Source: Escherichia coli (GTDB lineage: Bacteria > Pseudomonadota > Gammaproteobacteria > Enterobacterales > Enterobacteriaceae). Taken from it: DNA of 64,000 nucleotides. Positions 13,282-25,339 of this stretch are shown piece by piece. The translations under genes were made by a program, and so were the position numbers. Location: assembly GCF_044647545.1 (NCBI RefSeq), contig NZ_CP172818.1, one strand, 5' to 3'. The notes beneath the pieces are model-generated. The model ran no database searches. It was not told where the DNA came from and worked only from the letters and a program-made list of their open reading frames with translations. Within the stretch, counting starts at the first letter, position 1. Each line of letters begins with the position of its first letter.

Positions 13282-15006
13282 GTGCATTTCACGGGATGGA
13301 AGACCATGAAATTTATTGGGAAGCTGCTTCTCTACATTTTCATCGCTCTGTTAGTGGTGATCGCTAGCCTCTATTTTCTTCTGCAAACCCGCTGGGGAGC
13401 AGAACATATCAGCGCATGGGTTTCCGAGAATAGCGACTATCATCTGGCCTTCGGTGCGATGGATCACCGTTTTTCCGCGCCATCTCATATCGTGCTGGAG
13501 AACGTCACGTTTGGCCGTGATGGCCAGCCCGCGACCCTGGTAGCAAAAAGTGTCGACATTGCGCTAAGCAGTCGGCAACTGACCGAACCACGCCATGTCG
13601 ATACCATCCTGCTGGAAAACGGGACGCTGAATCTCACCGACCAGACCGCGCCGCTACCGTTCAAAGCCGATCGTCTGCAACTGCGTGATATGGCGTTTAA
13701 TAGCCCGAATAGCGAATGGAAACTGAGCGCGCAGCGGGTAAATGGCGGCGTGGTTCCGTGGTCACCAGAAGCCGGTAAAGTGCTGGGTACGAAGGCGCAG
13801 ATTCAGTTTAGTGCCGGATCGCTTTCGCTCAATGATGTTCCTGCCACCAATGTACTGATTGAAGGCAGTATTGATAACGATCGCGTTACGCTGACTAACC
13901 TGGGTGCCGACATCGCCCGCGGGACATTAACCGGAAACGCGCAGCGTAACGCCGACGGCAGCTGGCAAGTGGAAAATCTGCGGCTGGCGGATATCCGTCT
14001 ACAAAGCGAAAAATCGCTAACCGACTTCTTTGCGCCATTACGCTCTGTCCCGTCGTTGCAGATTGGTCGCCTGGAAGTCATCGACGCTCGTTTGCAAGGT
14101 CCGGACTGGGCGGTGACCGACCTCGATCTCAGCTTGCGCAACATGACCTTCAGTAAAGATGACTGGCAGACACAGGAAGGTAAACTGTCGATGAACGCCA
14201 GCGAGTTTATTTATGGCTCGCTGCATTTATTTGATCCGATTATAAACGCGGAATTTTCCCCGCAGGGCGTAGCACTGCGCCAGTTCACCAGCCGCTGGGA
14301 AGGGGGCATGGTCAGAACGTCAGGGAACTGGTTGCGTGACGGGAAAATGTTGATCCTTGATGATGCGGCAATTGCCGGACTGGAATATACCTTGCCAAAA
14401 AACTGGCAACAGTTGTGGATGGAAACGACACCCGGTTGGTTAAACAACCTGCAACTGAAGAGATTTAGCGCCAGCCGCAATCTGATCATTGATATCGACC
14501 CTGACTTCCCGTGGCAGCTCACCGCGCTCGATGGTTACGGTGCCAACCTGACGCTGGTTACCGATCATAAATGGGGCGTCTGGAGTGGTTCGGCGAATCT
14601 GAATGCCGCCGCCGCAACGTTTAATCGTGTTGATGTCCGTCGTCCGTCGCTGGCGCTGACCGCCAACAGCAGCACGGTGAATATCAGCGAACTGAGTGCA
14701 TTTACTGAAAAAGGCATTCTGGAAGCCACCGCCAGTGTTTCACAAACGCCACAACGTCAGACCCATATCAGCCTGAATGGACGCGGTGTGCCGGTGAATA
14801 TTTTGCAACAGTGGGGATGGCCTGAATTACCGTTGACTGGCGACGGCAATATTCAGCTTACTGCCAGTGGCGATATTCAGGCCAATGTCCCGCTGAAACC
14901 TACGGTTAGCGGGCAATTGCATGCCGTGAACGCCGCAAAGCAGCAAGTGACTCAAACCATGAATGCGGGCGTAGTTTCCAGTGGTGAAGTTACGTCGACG
15001 GAGTAG
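13282..15006 (+). CDS. yicH: AsmA-family protein YicH
   Basis: About 570-codon ORF with an N-terminal signal-anchor; exact start (13282 or 13306) not resolved. Confidence 0.85.
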   Translation: MHFTGWKTMKFIGKLLLYIFIALLVVIASLYFLLQTRWGAEHISAWVSENSDYHLAFGAMDHRFSAPSHIVLENVTFGRDGQPATLVAKSVDIALSSRQLTEPRHVDTILLENGTLNLTDQTAPLPFKADRLQLRDMAFNSPNSEWKLSAQRVNGGVVPWSPEAGKVLGTKAQIQFSAGSLSLNDVPATNVLIEGSIDNDRVTLTNLGADIARGTLTGNAQRNADGSWQVENLRLADIRLQSEKSLTDFFAPLRSVPSLQIGRLEVIDARLQGPDWAVTDLDLSLRNMTFSKDDWQTQEGKLSMNASEFIYGSLHLFDPIINAEFSPQGVALRQFTSRWEGGMVRTSGNWLRDGKMLILDDAAIAGLEYTLPKNWQQLWMETTPGWLNNLQLKRFSASRNLIIDIDPDFPWQLTALDGYGANLTLVTDHKWGVWSGSANLNAAAATFNRVDVRRPSLALTANSSTVNISELSAFTEKGILEATASVSQTPQRQTHISLNGRGVPVNILQQWGWPELPLTGDGNIQLTASGDIQANVPLKPTVSGQLHAVNAAKQQVTQTMNAGVVSSGEVTSTE

Positions 15007-15577
15007 GTGCAGTAAACATCAATCTCTTCACATTCTGCTCCCAGCAAATGATCAAGATGCAGCAAATCAGCAATATTCTCCGCGCTTAACATCACACCCG
15101 CGCCAGCACGCTTCTCAACATTTATTCTCCATTGCCCCAGCCATTGCTCAAGTAAACGTAAATCACGTTGAATGGTTTTTTCCGAAACATTTAAATAGCC
15201 GCAATCGTAACAATAGTCGTATATTCCCTTCGAGGTAAAAGGAATCGTAATAATCTGTTTTGTCGCGAGGTAATCATTTGCATTTTTACCCTTATCACAG
15301 ATTAAGAAGCCCTATGAGGAAGAGCTTCAGTTGCCATCTCTGAGGGTAAATATAAAGCAGAATAATTTCACAACAATACTCAAAATATGTCCGTAACCCG
15401 GACAGTGATAAAACAAAGCAAGGCGGTTAAGGGATATTTTTCAGCACAGATCACATTTTCGTGATGAATAATCGTGATCATGCTCGCAAATACGATGGAA
15501 GAAATATTTATTACCAGATGTGAGATTATTTACCGGACACGACACAAAACCATTCGTATCCGGCATTCTTCAATAGA

Positions 15578-17896
15578 TTACAACGTAATTGTCAGCGCAT
15601 TCCCTTGAGGCGTCACCACCAGCCCCAGCTCACTTTCAGCCTGCGAACCGCCTTGCAGACCATTTACTTTCACAACATTGCGCAAGCACAGCGTCCAGTT
15701 CTTCGCCACGCCCGCACCATTCACAGTAATTGTGTTGCCAGTACGCGCCGCTTTCAGGGTGAAAAGAACGGAACCATCGGCAGCGGGCACTTCACAGATG
15801 GCTTCATGCCCGTCTTGCAGATTAAAGAGCTGGAATGCCGTGCCTTCGTGCCACGCGTAATCGGGACGTTGCTCGTTGTTGCCCAGCGCCAGTAGGGTGT
15901 TATCACGCACATAAACGGGTAGACTCAGGAAGCCGTGCTGCTGTTTATGCCAGCGACTACCATCGAGTTCATCGTTGTGCCACAGGTGTGTCCAGCGACC
16001 TTCCGGCAAGTAGAACTGCACATCGCCCGCTTCAGTGAACACCGGAGCAACCATCACGTTATCGCCTAACATGTATTGACGGTCAAGGTAATCACAAGCC
16101 GGATCGTCCGGGAACTCCATCATCATGGCCCGCATCATCGGCGTACCCCGGGCGTTTGCACGTGCAGCTTCACGATACAGATACGGCATCATGCGGCATT
16201 TCAGTTGCGTGAAGAAGCGCACCACATCACAGGACTCATCATCATAGGCCCACGGCACACGATAAGATTTGCTGCCGTGTAAACGGCTATGGCTGGAGAG
16301 CAAACCAAACGCGCACCAGCGTTTGTAAACGTGCGCCGGAGCGGTATTCTCAAAGCCGCCGATATCGTGGCTCCAGAAGCCAAAACCAGAAAGGCCAATA
16401 GACAAACCACCGCGCAGGCTTTCCGCCATTGATTCGTAGTTAGCGTAACAGTCGCCACCCCAATGTACCGGGAATTTCTGCGCACCGACGGAGGCCGAGC
16501 GGGCAAACAAGACGGCTTCTTCCTCGCCAACGGTTTCCTTGAGCACGTTCCACACCAGTTCGTTGTAGATGTACGCATAATGGTTATGCATTTTCTGCGG
16601 ATCGGAACCATCAAACCATTGAACATCGGTTGGAATACGTTCGCCAAAGTCGGTCTTAAAGCAATCAACGCCCATCGCGACCAGACCTTTCAGTTTGTCG
16701 GCGTACCATTTGCAGGCATCCGGATTGGTAAAGTCATAAATCGCCAGACCTGGCTGCCATTTATCCCACTGCCACAGCGAACCGTCCGGGCGTTTGAGTA
16801 AATAACCTTTCTCTTGTAACTCTTTAAAGACAGGGGATTTTTGCCCGATATAGGGGTTAATCCAGACGCAGATTTTTAGCCCTTTCGCTTTCAGGCGGCG
16901 GATCATCCCTTCCGGGTCCGGGAAAGTCAGCGGGTCCCACTCAAAATCGCACCACTGGAAGGCTTTCATCCAGAAACAGTCAAAGTGGAAAACATGCAGC
17001 GGCAGATTGCGTTCCGCCATACCATCGATAAAGCTGTTTACCGTCGCTTCGTCGTAGTTGGTGGTAAATGAAGTGGTTAGCCACAGGCCGAAGGACCACG
17101 CGGGCGGCAGCGCCGGACGACCAGTAAAACGGGTATAACTATCAAGTACCGCTTTCGGCGTCGGGCCGTCGATAACAAAGTATTCGAGATATTCACTCTC
17201 AACGCTGAACTGCACTTTGGAGACTTTCTCCGATCCCACTTCAAAAGAGACGCATTGAGGATGATTGACCAGTACCCCATAACCACGGTTAGTCATATAG
17301 AACGGAATATTTTTATACGCCTGTTCAGTACTTGTGCCGCCGTCCCGGTTCCAGGTCTCTACCGTCTGGCCATTGCGCACCAGGGCAGTAAAGCGCTCTC
17401 CCAGACCGTAAACTGTTTCGCCAACGCCAAGATCCAGCCGCTCAAACATATAATTTCGTTGATTATTCGTGTCCTGCACGTAGCCATTATTTTTCACCTG
17501 ACTACCGGTAATACGTTCGCCGTTGCGCAGAAAATCCAGTGACCAGAACTCACCTTTGCTGACACGCGCGCTTAAGTTGCCACTTTTAAACTCAGCGTAA
17601 CGTTCTGTGTTTTCGATTGTGACCTTCACGTCCTGCAAAATATTGAGCGGATAATGAGGACCGTTATTCAGCGCCCCCTGAAAATGCTCAATCCGTACAC
17701 CGACAATACCTTCCTGTGGGGAGAAAAAGCGCAGCGTAAATAAAGGCGTATCAAGCTGCCAGGTACGTTCACGCACATCACGAGGGGCAGCATAGACCAC
17801 CATTTCATTACCCTGCTCTTCAACCTCGAACACCTGAAGCGGGTGAATCAAATTGAGGCCAGGTTGAATCAACCAGTTTCCGTCGCTAATTTTCAT
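15578..17896 (-). CDS. yicI: Alpha-xylosidase (glycoside hydrolase family 31)
   Basis: 772-codon ORF with GH31 catalytic region (WIDMNE-like and KTDFGE motifs). Confidence 0.95.
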   Translation of the reverse strand: MKISDGNWLIQPGLNLIHPLQVFEVEEQGNEMVVYAAPRDVRERTWQLDTPLFTLRFFSPQEGIVGVRIEHFQGALNNGPHYPLNILQDVKVTIENTERYAEFKSGNLSARVSKGEFWSLDFLRNGERITGSQVKNNGYVQDTNNQRNYMFERLDLGVGETVYGLGERFTALVRNGQTVETWNRDGGTSTEQAYKNIPFYMTNRGYGVLVNHPQCVSFEVGSEKVSKVQFSVESEYLEYFVIDGPTPKAVLDSYTRFTGRPALPPAWSFGLWLTTSFTTNYDEATVNSFIDGMAERNLPLHVFHFDCFWMKAFQWCDFEWDPLTFPDPEGMIRRLKAKGLKICVWINPYIGQKSPVFKELQEKGYLLKRPDGSLWQWDKWQPGLAIYDFTNPDACKWYADKLKGLVAMGVDCFKTDFGERIPTDVQWFDGSDPQKMHNHYAYIYNELVWNVLKETVGEEEAVLFARSASVGAQKFPVHWGGDCYANYESMAESLRGGLSIGLSGFGFWSHDIGGFENTAPAHVYKRWCAFGLLSSHSRLHGSKSYRVPWAYDDESCDVVRFFTQLKCRMMPYLYREAARANARGTPMMRAMMMEFPDDPACDYLDRQYMLGDNVMVAPVFTEAGDVQFYLPEGRWTHLWHNDELDGSRWHKQQHGFLSLPVYVRDNTLLALGNNEQRPDYAWHEGTAFQLFNLQDGHEAICEVPAADGSVLFTLKAARTGNTITVNGAGVAKNWTLCLRNVVKVNGLQGGSQAESELGLVVTPQGNALTITL

Positions 17897-17905
17897 TGCC
17901 GTTCC

Positions 17906-19288
17906 TTAGTTCTGCACTTCTTGAGAGGTGAATTGTTGCTGGCAACGGCGTTTGCCCTGGGCCAGCTGTTCCATAACGGTTTTCAGATTGTGCGTCGTGA
18001 GCGAGTAGTAGCGTTTAGCGATAATCGCGCTCAGCAAGTAACAGATCGCCGGAACAATCGTGAATAGCGCAATAATGATGCTAATCGTGGCGCTGTTCTG
18101 CGCTTTTTCTGCCGCATCATATCCGCCATAAGCCAGCATCCAGCCGATAAGAGCGCCGCCGAAGGCCAACCCCAGTTTGAGCACAAACAGCGTGCCAGCA
18201 AAACTGATCCCGGTCAGGCGTTTACCATTGCACCACTCGCCGTAATCGACGGTATCGGACATCATTACCCACTGGATAGGTGTCACCAGTTGATGCAACA
18301 CACCAATCACGAAGATGAAGACAAACATGGTGATGCTGGCCTGCATAGGAACAAAGAACATCGCGAGGCTAATCACTGCCAGCAGGGCGTTCGTCCACCA
18401 GAAGATAGTGACTTTACATTTCCAGTCGGTCAGCGGTTTCGCCAGTGCGGAACCAATCAGGTTACCCACGCAATAAGTGGTAAGAAAAGCGACAAACACT
18501 TCCGGCGTACCCAAAATCCATGTGACGTAATACATCATCGCCCCGCCGCGTACGCATACCGCCAGAATATTGAAAATGGTTAGTAAACCGACAATACGCC
18601 ACTGGTCGTTTTGCCAGATATCACGTAAATCTTCCCTCATAGACGTCGTTGTAGGTGGTGCTTCAACGCGTTCTTTAGTGGTGAAGAAACAAAATGCCAG
18701 CATCATGAATGCCACCACGGAAAGGACCGCGATACCGCCCTGGAAACCGAGTGGTTTATTATCACCACCAATTAAATTAACCAGCGGCATCATCAGAACA
18801 GTAGAGAGCATGCCTCCCGCGGTCGCCAGCACAAAACGCCAGGATTGCAGCGAGATACGCTGAGTCGGGTCATTGGTGATTACACCACCCAATGCGCAGT
18901 AAGGGATATTGACGATGGTATAAAGTAAGGTAAGTAGGGTGTAAGTAATTGCTGCATAGATCATTTTGCCGTTCATACTGAGATCTGGCGTGCTATAGGC
19001 CAGTACACAGACGATCCCGAATGGCAGTGCGCCAAACAGTACCCACGGACGAAATTTACCCCAGCGAGAGCGCGTTCGATCGGCCAACAACCCCATGCAA
19101 GGATCGGAAATCGCATCCAGTGCACGAGCGACCAAAAACATGGTTCCGACAAATCCGGCAGGAATGCCAAAAATATCGGTATAAAAGAACATCATATATA
19201 ACATTACGTTATCGAAAATAATGTGGCTGGCGGCGTCTCCCATGCCATAACCAATTTTCTCTTTAACGGACAACACTTCACTCTTCAT
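17906..19288 (-). CDS. yicJ: GPH-family sugar:cation symporter
   Basis: 460 codons from the ATG at 19288 (MKSEVLSVKEK) inside track ORF 17906-19345; co-oriented with yicI. Confidence 0.9.
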   Translation of the reverse strand: MKSEVLSVKEKIGYGMGDAASHIIFDNVMLYMMFFYTDIFGIPAGFVGTMFLVARALDAISDPCMGLLADRTRSRWGKFRPWVLFGALPFGIVCVLAYSTPDLSMNGKMIYAAITYTLLTLLYTIVNIPYCALGGVITNDPTQRISLQSWRFVLATAGGMLSTVLMMPLVNLIGGDNKPLGFQGGIAVLSVVAFMMLAFCFFTTKERVEAPPTTTSMREDLRDIWQNDQWRIVGLLTIFNILAVCVRGGAMMYYVTWILGTPEVFVAFLTTYCVGNLIGSALAKPLTDWKCKVTIFWWTNALLAVISLAMFFVPMQASITMFVFIFVIGVLHQLVTPIQWVMMSDTVDYGEWCNGKRLTGISFAGTLFVLKLGLAFGGALIGWMLAYGGYDAAEKAQNSATISIIIALFTIVPAICYLLSAIIAKRYYSLTTHNLKTVMEQLAQGKRRCQQQFTSQEVQN

Positions 19289-19580
19289 CTGCTTTTCCTT
19301 GATGCTATAGGGGTGCTGAGACCGATAACGCATTTTGTAAACCATCCCTGCGAGAGCGAATATTCCGATATCTGGTTATTAATTTATGATTCTTGTTTTA
19401 TGTGATCGTGGTAGCGTAAATTACGCTCATATATCATTGTAAAATATGGGTTTTATATGAATTATAATGCTTTCGTGATAATACGCTGCGTGTATTAGGC
19501 GGAAAAAACTGATCTGGGGGATGTAGAAACTCAAGGAAGTAGCTATAATGCGCCCCGCCTCCATGTAGCAATCGAGGCGC

Positions 19581-19675
19581 GGAAGATCGTCGTCTCCGGT
19601 GAGGCGGCTGGACTTCAAATCCAGTTGGGGCCGCCAGCGGTCCCGGGCAGGTTCGACTCCTGTGATCTTCCGCCA
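19581..19675 (+). tRNA. selC: tRNA-Sec (selenocysteine tRNA)
   Basis: 95-nt sequence GGAAGATCGTCGTCTCCGGTGAGGCGGCTGGACTTCAAATCCAGTTGGGGCCGCCAGCGGTCCCGGGCAGGTTCGACTCCTGTGATCTTCCGCCA with long variable arm and anticodon-loop ACTTCAAAT (UCA anticodon). Confidence 0.97.
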
Positions 19676-20313
19676 ATTTGCCTCTTCTGACGTTCTCCAA
19701 CCCCTTGTAATACTGTCAATCCAGATATTTTCTACTGCTCAATATTCAATCGGCTTCAGGAATACCTGATCAAAAGTTTTGTGATGGACGATGAGCGACT
19801 GAAGAATCCGCCTGTCGGTTCTTCTGTCCTCGAACGCATCCGCGATATTCGCGCCAGCATGCGCCGTGTTTATTTGCAGGTGATTTGCCCCCCTGCTGAC
19901 TCTCAGCCAACTGTATCGCCATTAAGGTGAAGATGTTGTTTTACACGCCCCAGAACACCCTTTTTTTATACGACGATTCTATTCCTTTAACCGCTGGCGA
20001 AAAAAACTGACCTGTAAACTTCACCAATAATCAGACTGCCATCAAGATTAATTTGTTCATTTAATATATCAAATAAATTTGTTTTATTTTTACTATCAAA
20101 AATAGCTCATTGTCTTACTATAATTAATATATAAATTCGGTGATTAACTCTTAACATGCTTTTGCTAATAATCTCAATTGCTGGCCCTATAATATTGCGC
20201 TAGCATTGCTTTCTGGTTGTATCAGCGATACTCAAAAAATCTTAATACAATACTCATTCGACTGGTACTTATTTGTAACTCAGTTATATTTTGTCGCCCG
20301 GTGATTCAGAAGA

Positions 20314-21498
20314 ATGCAAAAAACGGCTACCACTCCATCAAAAATACTTGATCTCACTGCCGCGGCATTTTTACTTGTCGCCTTTCTGACGGGTATTGCG
20401 GGCGCTCTCCAGACTCCCACCCTAAGTATATTCCTCGCAGATGAACTGAAAGCCCGTCCTATAATGGTAGGTTTTTTCTTCACCGGTAGCGCTATTATGG
20501 GAATTCTGGTCAGTCAATTTCTGGCAAGGCACTCCGATAAACAAGGCGACCGTAAATTACTGATCCTGCTATGTTGCTTATTTGGAGTGTTGGCCTGCAC
20601 TCTTTTTGCGTGGAATCGCAACTACTTCATTCTCCTCTCTACGGGCGTACTTCTGAGTAGTTTTGCTTCCACTGCAAACCCGCAAATGTTCGCCCTCGCC
20701 CGTGAACACGCCGACAGAACAGGCCGTGAGACGGTCATGTTCAGTACATTTTTACGTGCTCAGATCTCGCTTGCCTGGGTTATCGGGCCACCGCTCGCTT
20801 ATGAGCTGGCAATGGGATTTAGTTTTAAAGTGATGTATCTCACCGCAGCCATCGCATTTGTTGTTTGCGGGCTGATAGTCTGGTTGTTTTTGCCATCAAT
20901 ACAAAGAAATATTCCTGTCGTTACCCAACCCGTAGAAATTTTACCCTCCATCCATAGAAAGCGGGATACACGGCTACTTTTTGTGGTCTGTTCAATGATG
21001 TGGGCGGCGAATAATCTCTACATGATAAATATGCCGCTATTTATTATTGATGAACTGCATCTAACCGATAAACTGGCTGGAGAAATGATTGGTATTGCTG
21101 CCGGTCTGGAAATTCCGATGATGTTAATCGCAGGCTATTACATGAAACGTATTGGCAAGCGACTATTAATGCTCATTGCTATCGTGAGTGGTATGTGTTT
21201 TTACGCCAGCGTACTCATGGCGACGACTCCGGCAATTGAGCTGGAATTGCAAATTCTAAATGCCATTTTCCTTGGTATTCTCTGTGGTATCGGCATGCTT
21301 TATTTTCAGGATCTGATGCCTGAAAAAATAGGCTCTGCGACAACGTTATATGCAAATACCTCACGCGTCGGCTGGATTATCGCCGGCTCTGTTGACGGAA
21401 TTATGGTTGAAATCTGGAGCTACCACGCGTTGTTCTGGCTGGCGATAGGGATGTTGGGTATTGCGATGATTTGCCTGCTGTTTATTAAAGATATTTAG
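20314..21498 (+). CDS. setC: MFS sugar efflux transporter
   Basis: 394-codon 12-TM MFS protein directly downstream of selC, as in K-12. Confidence 0.9.
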   Translation: MQKTATTPSKILDLTAAAFLLVAFLTGIAGALQTPTLSIFLADELKARPIMVGFFFTGSAIMGILVSQFLARHSDKQGDRKLLILLCCLFGVLACTLFAWNRNYFILLSTGVLLSSFASTANPQMFALAREHADRTGRETVMFSTFLRAQISLAWVIGPPLAYELAMGFSFKVMYLTAAIAFVVCGLIVWLFLPSIQRNIPVVTQPVEILPSIHRKRDTRLLFVVCSMMWAANNLYMINMPLFIIDELHLTDKLAGEMIGIAAGLEIPMMLIAGYYMKRIGKRLLMLIAIVSGMCFYASVLMATTPAIELELQILNAIFLGILCGIGMLYFQDLMPEKIGSATTLYANTSRVGWIIAGSVDGIMVEIWSYHALFWLAIGMLGIAMICLLFIKDI

Positions 21499-21608
21499 CT
21501 CACCAGTCTGGGCTAAGAAAAATCGGCGTGGCGCAAACAGAGCCATCCTCGCCATTTTTGCTATCATGCCTGCATACATAAACGACAAAACAGTATGCAG
21601 AGGGAAAA

Positions 21609-22532
21609 ATGGGTTCCACCAGAAAGGGGATGCTGAACGTTCTGATTGCCGCCGTGTTGTGGGGAAGTTCAGGGGTCTGCGCGCAATACATCATGGAGCA
21701 AAGCCAGATGTCGTCGCAGTTTTTGACTATGACGCGTTTGATATTCGCCGGTTTGATTCTGCTGACGCTGTCATTTGTTCATGGCGATAAAATCTTTTCT
21801 ATTATTAACAATCACAAAGATGCCATTAGTCTGCTGATTTTTTCCGTGGTTGGCGCGCTAACCGTACAGCTCACTTTTTTGCTAACCATCGAAAAATCGA
21901 ACGCAGCCACGGCAACGGTGCTGCAATTCCTCTCACCGACGATTATCGTCGCCTGGTTCTCACTGGTGCGTAAATCCCGCCCGGGCATTCTGGTTTTTTG
22001 CGCTATTTTGACATCGCTGGTCGGGACTTTTTTATTGGTGACACACGGTAATCCGACGTCATTATCGATCTCTCCTGCCGCGTTATTCTGGGGAATTGCC
22101 TCGGCATTTGCTGCGGCATTCTATACCACCTATCCCTCAACGCTGATTGCCCGCTATGGCACGTTACCGGTCGTCGGCTGGAGTATGCTCATTGGTGGTC
22201 TGATCCTGCTGCCATTTTATGCCAGACAAGGGACAAATTTTGTGGTTAATGGCAGTTTGATTCTGGCGTTTTTTTATTTGGTGGTCATTGGTACGTCCCT
22301 GACATTTAGTCTGTACCTGAAAGGAGCACAATTAATTGGCGGTCCAAAAGCCAGCATTTTAAGCTGTGCAGAACCATTAAGTAGCGCGCTGCTCTCTTTG
22401 CTGTTACTGGGGATCACATTCACATTACCGGACTGGCTGGGAACGCTGCTGATTCTGTCATCAGTGATTTTGATTTCAGTGGATTCCCGTCGCCGCGCCA
22501 GAAAAATAAATCGTCCGGCGCGGGATGAGTGA
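21609..22532 (+). CDS. yicL: EamA/DMT-family inner membrane transporter
   Basis: 307-codon membrane protein with duplicated EamA-type halves. Confidence 0.9.
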   Translation: MGSTRKGMLNVLIAAVLWGSSGVCAQYIMEQSQMSSQFLTMTRLIFAGLILLTLSFVHGDKIFSIINNHKDAISLLIFSVVGALTVQLTFLLTIEKSNAATATVLQFLSPTIIVAWFSLVRKSRPGILVFCAILTSLVGTFLLVTHGNPTSLSISPAALFWGIASAFAAAFYTTYPSTLIARYGTLPVVGWSMLIGGLILLPFYARQGTNFVVNGSLILAFFYLVVIGTSLTFSLYLKGAQLIGGPKASILSCAEPLSSALLSLLLLGITFTLPDWLGTLLILSSVILISVDSRRRARKINRPARDE

Positions 22533-22535
22533 GAA

Positions 22536-23354
22536 TTACCAGCCAGGCACCGCGCCACCGTTAAAGATGGTTTCTGCCGCTTTAGCGACTTCGGATGATT
22601 GATAAGATTGCAGAAATTCCTTCACGTTTTCTGCATTCTTATTATCTTCCCGTGCTACCAGAATGTTCACATACGGCGAATTTTTATCTTCAATAAATAC
22701 GCTGTCGTGCACCGGAGAAAGTCCGGTCTGCTGAATGTAAGTGGTGCTGATAATCGCCACATCAACTTTGGGATCATCCAGTACGCGCGGGAGCTGCGCC
22801 CCCTCGAGTTCCATAATCTGCAAATGACGAGGATTATCGGTTATATCCAGCGCGGTAGGTAATAACCCTTTTCCCTCTTTCAGAATAATTAGCTTCTCTT
22901 TTTGCAACAGTAAAAGCGCGCGACCAAGGTTGGTCGGGTCGTTGGGGATCGCCACTGTCGCGCCTTCTTTTATTTGCGCCACGGTTTTGATTTTTTTGGA
23001 ATAACCCGCCATAGGGAAGACAAACGTATTTCCCACCGCTACCAGTTTATAACCATGCGCCTGATTATCTTGTTCAAGAAAGGGCCGATGCTGGAAGACA
23101 TTCGCATCAAGCTCGCCATGATTTGTCGCATCGTTCGGTAGCAACGAACCGCTAAATCCTACCAGTTCAACATCGAGGCCATATTTCTCTTTTGCCACCT
23201 TTTTAGCGACTTCCGCGACATCTTGTTCTGCGCCATTTATAACGCCAACTTTAATGTGTTTTGCATCGCTGCTACTCTGGTCGCAACCTGCCAGCAGAAT
23301 TCCTGCCAGCAATAATGCGGCCCCCGCCCGTAGATGATGTGTTGTCAGTTTCAT
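22536..23354 (-). CDS. nlpA: Lipoprotein 28 (methionine-binding NlpA/MetQ family)
   Basis: 272-codon ORF with lipobox LLAGC in the signal peptide. Confidence 0.92.
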   Translation of the reverse strand: MKLTTHHLRAGAALLLAGILLAGCDQSSSDAKHIKVGVINGAEQDVAEVAKKVAKEKYGLDVELVGFSGSLLPNDATNHGELDANVFQHRPFLEQDNQAHGYKLVAVGNTFVFPMAGYSKKIKTVAQIKEGATVAIPNDPTNLGRALLLLQKEKLIILKEGKGLLPTALDITDNPRHLQIMELEGAQLPRVLDDPKVDVAIISTTYIQQTGLSPVHDSVFIEDKNSPYVNILVAREDNKNAENVKEFLQSYQSSEVAKAAETIFNGGAVPGW

Positions 23355-23562
23355 TTTTTATCCTTTTTTTAATCATTAACTGACTATAATGGCAAGAACA
23401 CTACGATTTAAAAAACGAAAAGCTATCGAATAGAAGAAAAAGGTATAAAAAACTGGCACTTCTTACTGACCACGCAAACACCTTTCGTACAGCATGATGA
23501 GAGCGGTAAAAGCAAACTACACTTATGCTTCATTCGATGCACATTTGCAGAAGGTTGCCGCT

Positions 23563-23856
23563 ATGAAGCCAACGATGCTACTCATGATTACCGTATTCCT
23601 GACTTTTCCAGCCATTTCTCAGGCCGAGTCGCCATTCAGCTCGCTACAGTCGGCAAAAGAGAAAACCACGGTATTGCAAGATTTACGTAAAATTTGCACG
23701 CCACAGGCGTCATTATCAGACGAAGCGTGGGAAAAATTAATGTTGTCTGATGAGAGTAACAAACAACATATCCGCGAAGCTATTGTGGCGATGGAGCGTA
23801 ATAATCAGAATAACTACTGGGAAGCGCTGGGTAAGGTGGAATGCCCGGATATGTGA
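23563..23856 (+). CDS. yicS: Small secreted protein YicS
   Basis: 97 codons from ATG 23563 (MKPTMLLMITVFLTFPAISQA signal peptide) inside track ORF 23494-23856. Confidence 0.8.
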   Translation: MKPTMLLMITVFLTFPAISQAESPFSSLQSAKEKTTVLQDLRKICTPQASLSDEAWEKLMLSDESNKQHIREAIVAMERNNQNNYWEALGKVECPDM

Positions 23857-23894
23857 ACCGCTACAACTACTGACCAACGCTTCTTTACCTGATA

Positions 23895-25085
23895 TCAGGA
23901 TTTCTTCATTTTCACCTTTGCGGTGACCAATAACGCCGTCAGCAACATCAATGTGCCGGACAACATCAACGGCGAAGTCAGACCAATATTATCCAGCGCA
24001 TAACCGCCGATTGCCGCGCCACAGGTATTAGCAAGCTGAATAACCGCCACCTGAATAGACCCGGCTTTTTCTGCCTGATCGGCCAGTGAGCGGGTGATCC
24101 ACGTTGACCAGCCGACAGGAACCAATGCAAAAGTTAGCCCCCAGATAATCGCCACGCCGGTAGCAACGATTTTATCGCTTCCCCACAACGTCAGCACCAA
24201 CGCACTCACAGCCAGTATTAACGGCGCGCCTGCTAAGGCCAGTTTTACCGAACGTTTAAGAATGAACGACGAAAGCGACGTACCAATAAAGCTGGCGATA
24301 CCAAAACTCAACAGCACCAGCGTTAAGCCATCCACGCCGAATCCCGCCAGGTTCATATACACCGGGCGAATATACGTGAAGAAAGCAAACTGCCCGGCGA
24401 AAGACATGAAGATGGCGATCATCCCTGCCATCACACCCGGACGTTGTAATAAGCGGAAAGTATTTTGTTTCTGATGCGAGGGTTCGCCTGGCAGCGAAGG
24501 CAATGATTTGATAATCCAGAAAATACACAGCACGCCCATCACCGCCGCCGCATTAAAGACATTGCGCCAACCGATAAGCTCGCCTAAAAAACTGCCCAAC
24601 GGTGCGGCAATCACCAGCGCAATAGAAACCGCGCCGAAGATCACCGACAGCGCCTTCGGCACCGTACGCGGCGGTACCAGACGCATGGTCAGCGACGCCG
24701 ACATCGCCCAGAACCCACCCAGCGCCAGCCCCAGACAGGCACGACCGATTAAAAGCAAACTGAATGAGTTAGCAAAGGAAACCAGCAAGCAGGAGAGCGT
24801 CAGCAAAACGGCAAACAAAATAACAACATAGCGGCGGTCAGTGGCCTGAATGGTCTGGGTAATAAACAAACTGGCAAACATTGCCACAAAGGCGGTCACG
24901 GTCACCGATTGCCCGGCAACCCCTTCCGAAATGCCTAAATCCTGGGCCATTGGCGTCAACAAACTGACGGGCAAAAACTCAACGATAATCAGACAGGCGA
25001 CGCAAAACGCCACCGAGAAAACGGCTGACCAGTTCGGTCGGGTGATGGCATCCGCGCCGCGGTTTTCGGCAATAAATTCACTCAT
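23895..25085 (-). CDS. nepI: MFS purine ribonucleoside efflux pump
   Basis: 396 codons from the ATG at 25085 ([10 protein letters not shown]) inside track ORF 23895-25133. Confidence 0.9.
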   Translation of the reverse strand: MSEFIAENRGADAITRPNWSAVFSVAFCVACLIIVEFLPVSLLTPMAQDLGISEGVAGQSVTVTAFVAMFASLFITQTIQATDRRYVVILFAVLLTLSCLLVSFANSFSLLLIGRACLGLALGGFWAMSASLTMRLVPPRTVPKALSVIFGAVSIALVIAAPLGSFLGELIGWRNVFNAAAVMGVLCIFWIIKSLPSLPGEPSHQKQNTFRLLQRPGVMAGMIAIFMSFAGQFAFFTYIRPVYMNLAGFGVDGLTLVLLSFGIASFIGTSLSSFILKRSVKLALAGAPLILAVSALVLTLWGSDKIVATGVAIIWGLTFALVPVGWSTWITRSLADQAEKAGSIQVAVIQLANTCGAAIGGYALDNIGLTSPLMLSGTLMLLTALLVTAKVKMKKS

Positions 25086-25339
25086 GGTGTTACCCGTGGC
25101 ATGTTTCAGGGGAAAAGCCGACCACTTTAACATTGAAATGTGTGACGCATTTAACGTTTTTGCAACTTTTACGGTGTTGTGGGAAAAGTTCGAGGCTGCT
25201 CGAAGAAATAAAAATCATAGGGCAAGGTGATATGCATTTTCGCAATGGGGTTGGGAATAAGGGATAAAGTATTCATTGTGATATACTTTAATAACAGGAT
25301 CTCAACGATATACGCGTGTTTAAAACCAAATATTTTGCA

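Noticed and set aside
19434-19700. 88-codon minus-strand ORF overlapping selC
   Set aside because: It overlaps the tRNA-Sec gene, which is certain. Spurious.
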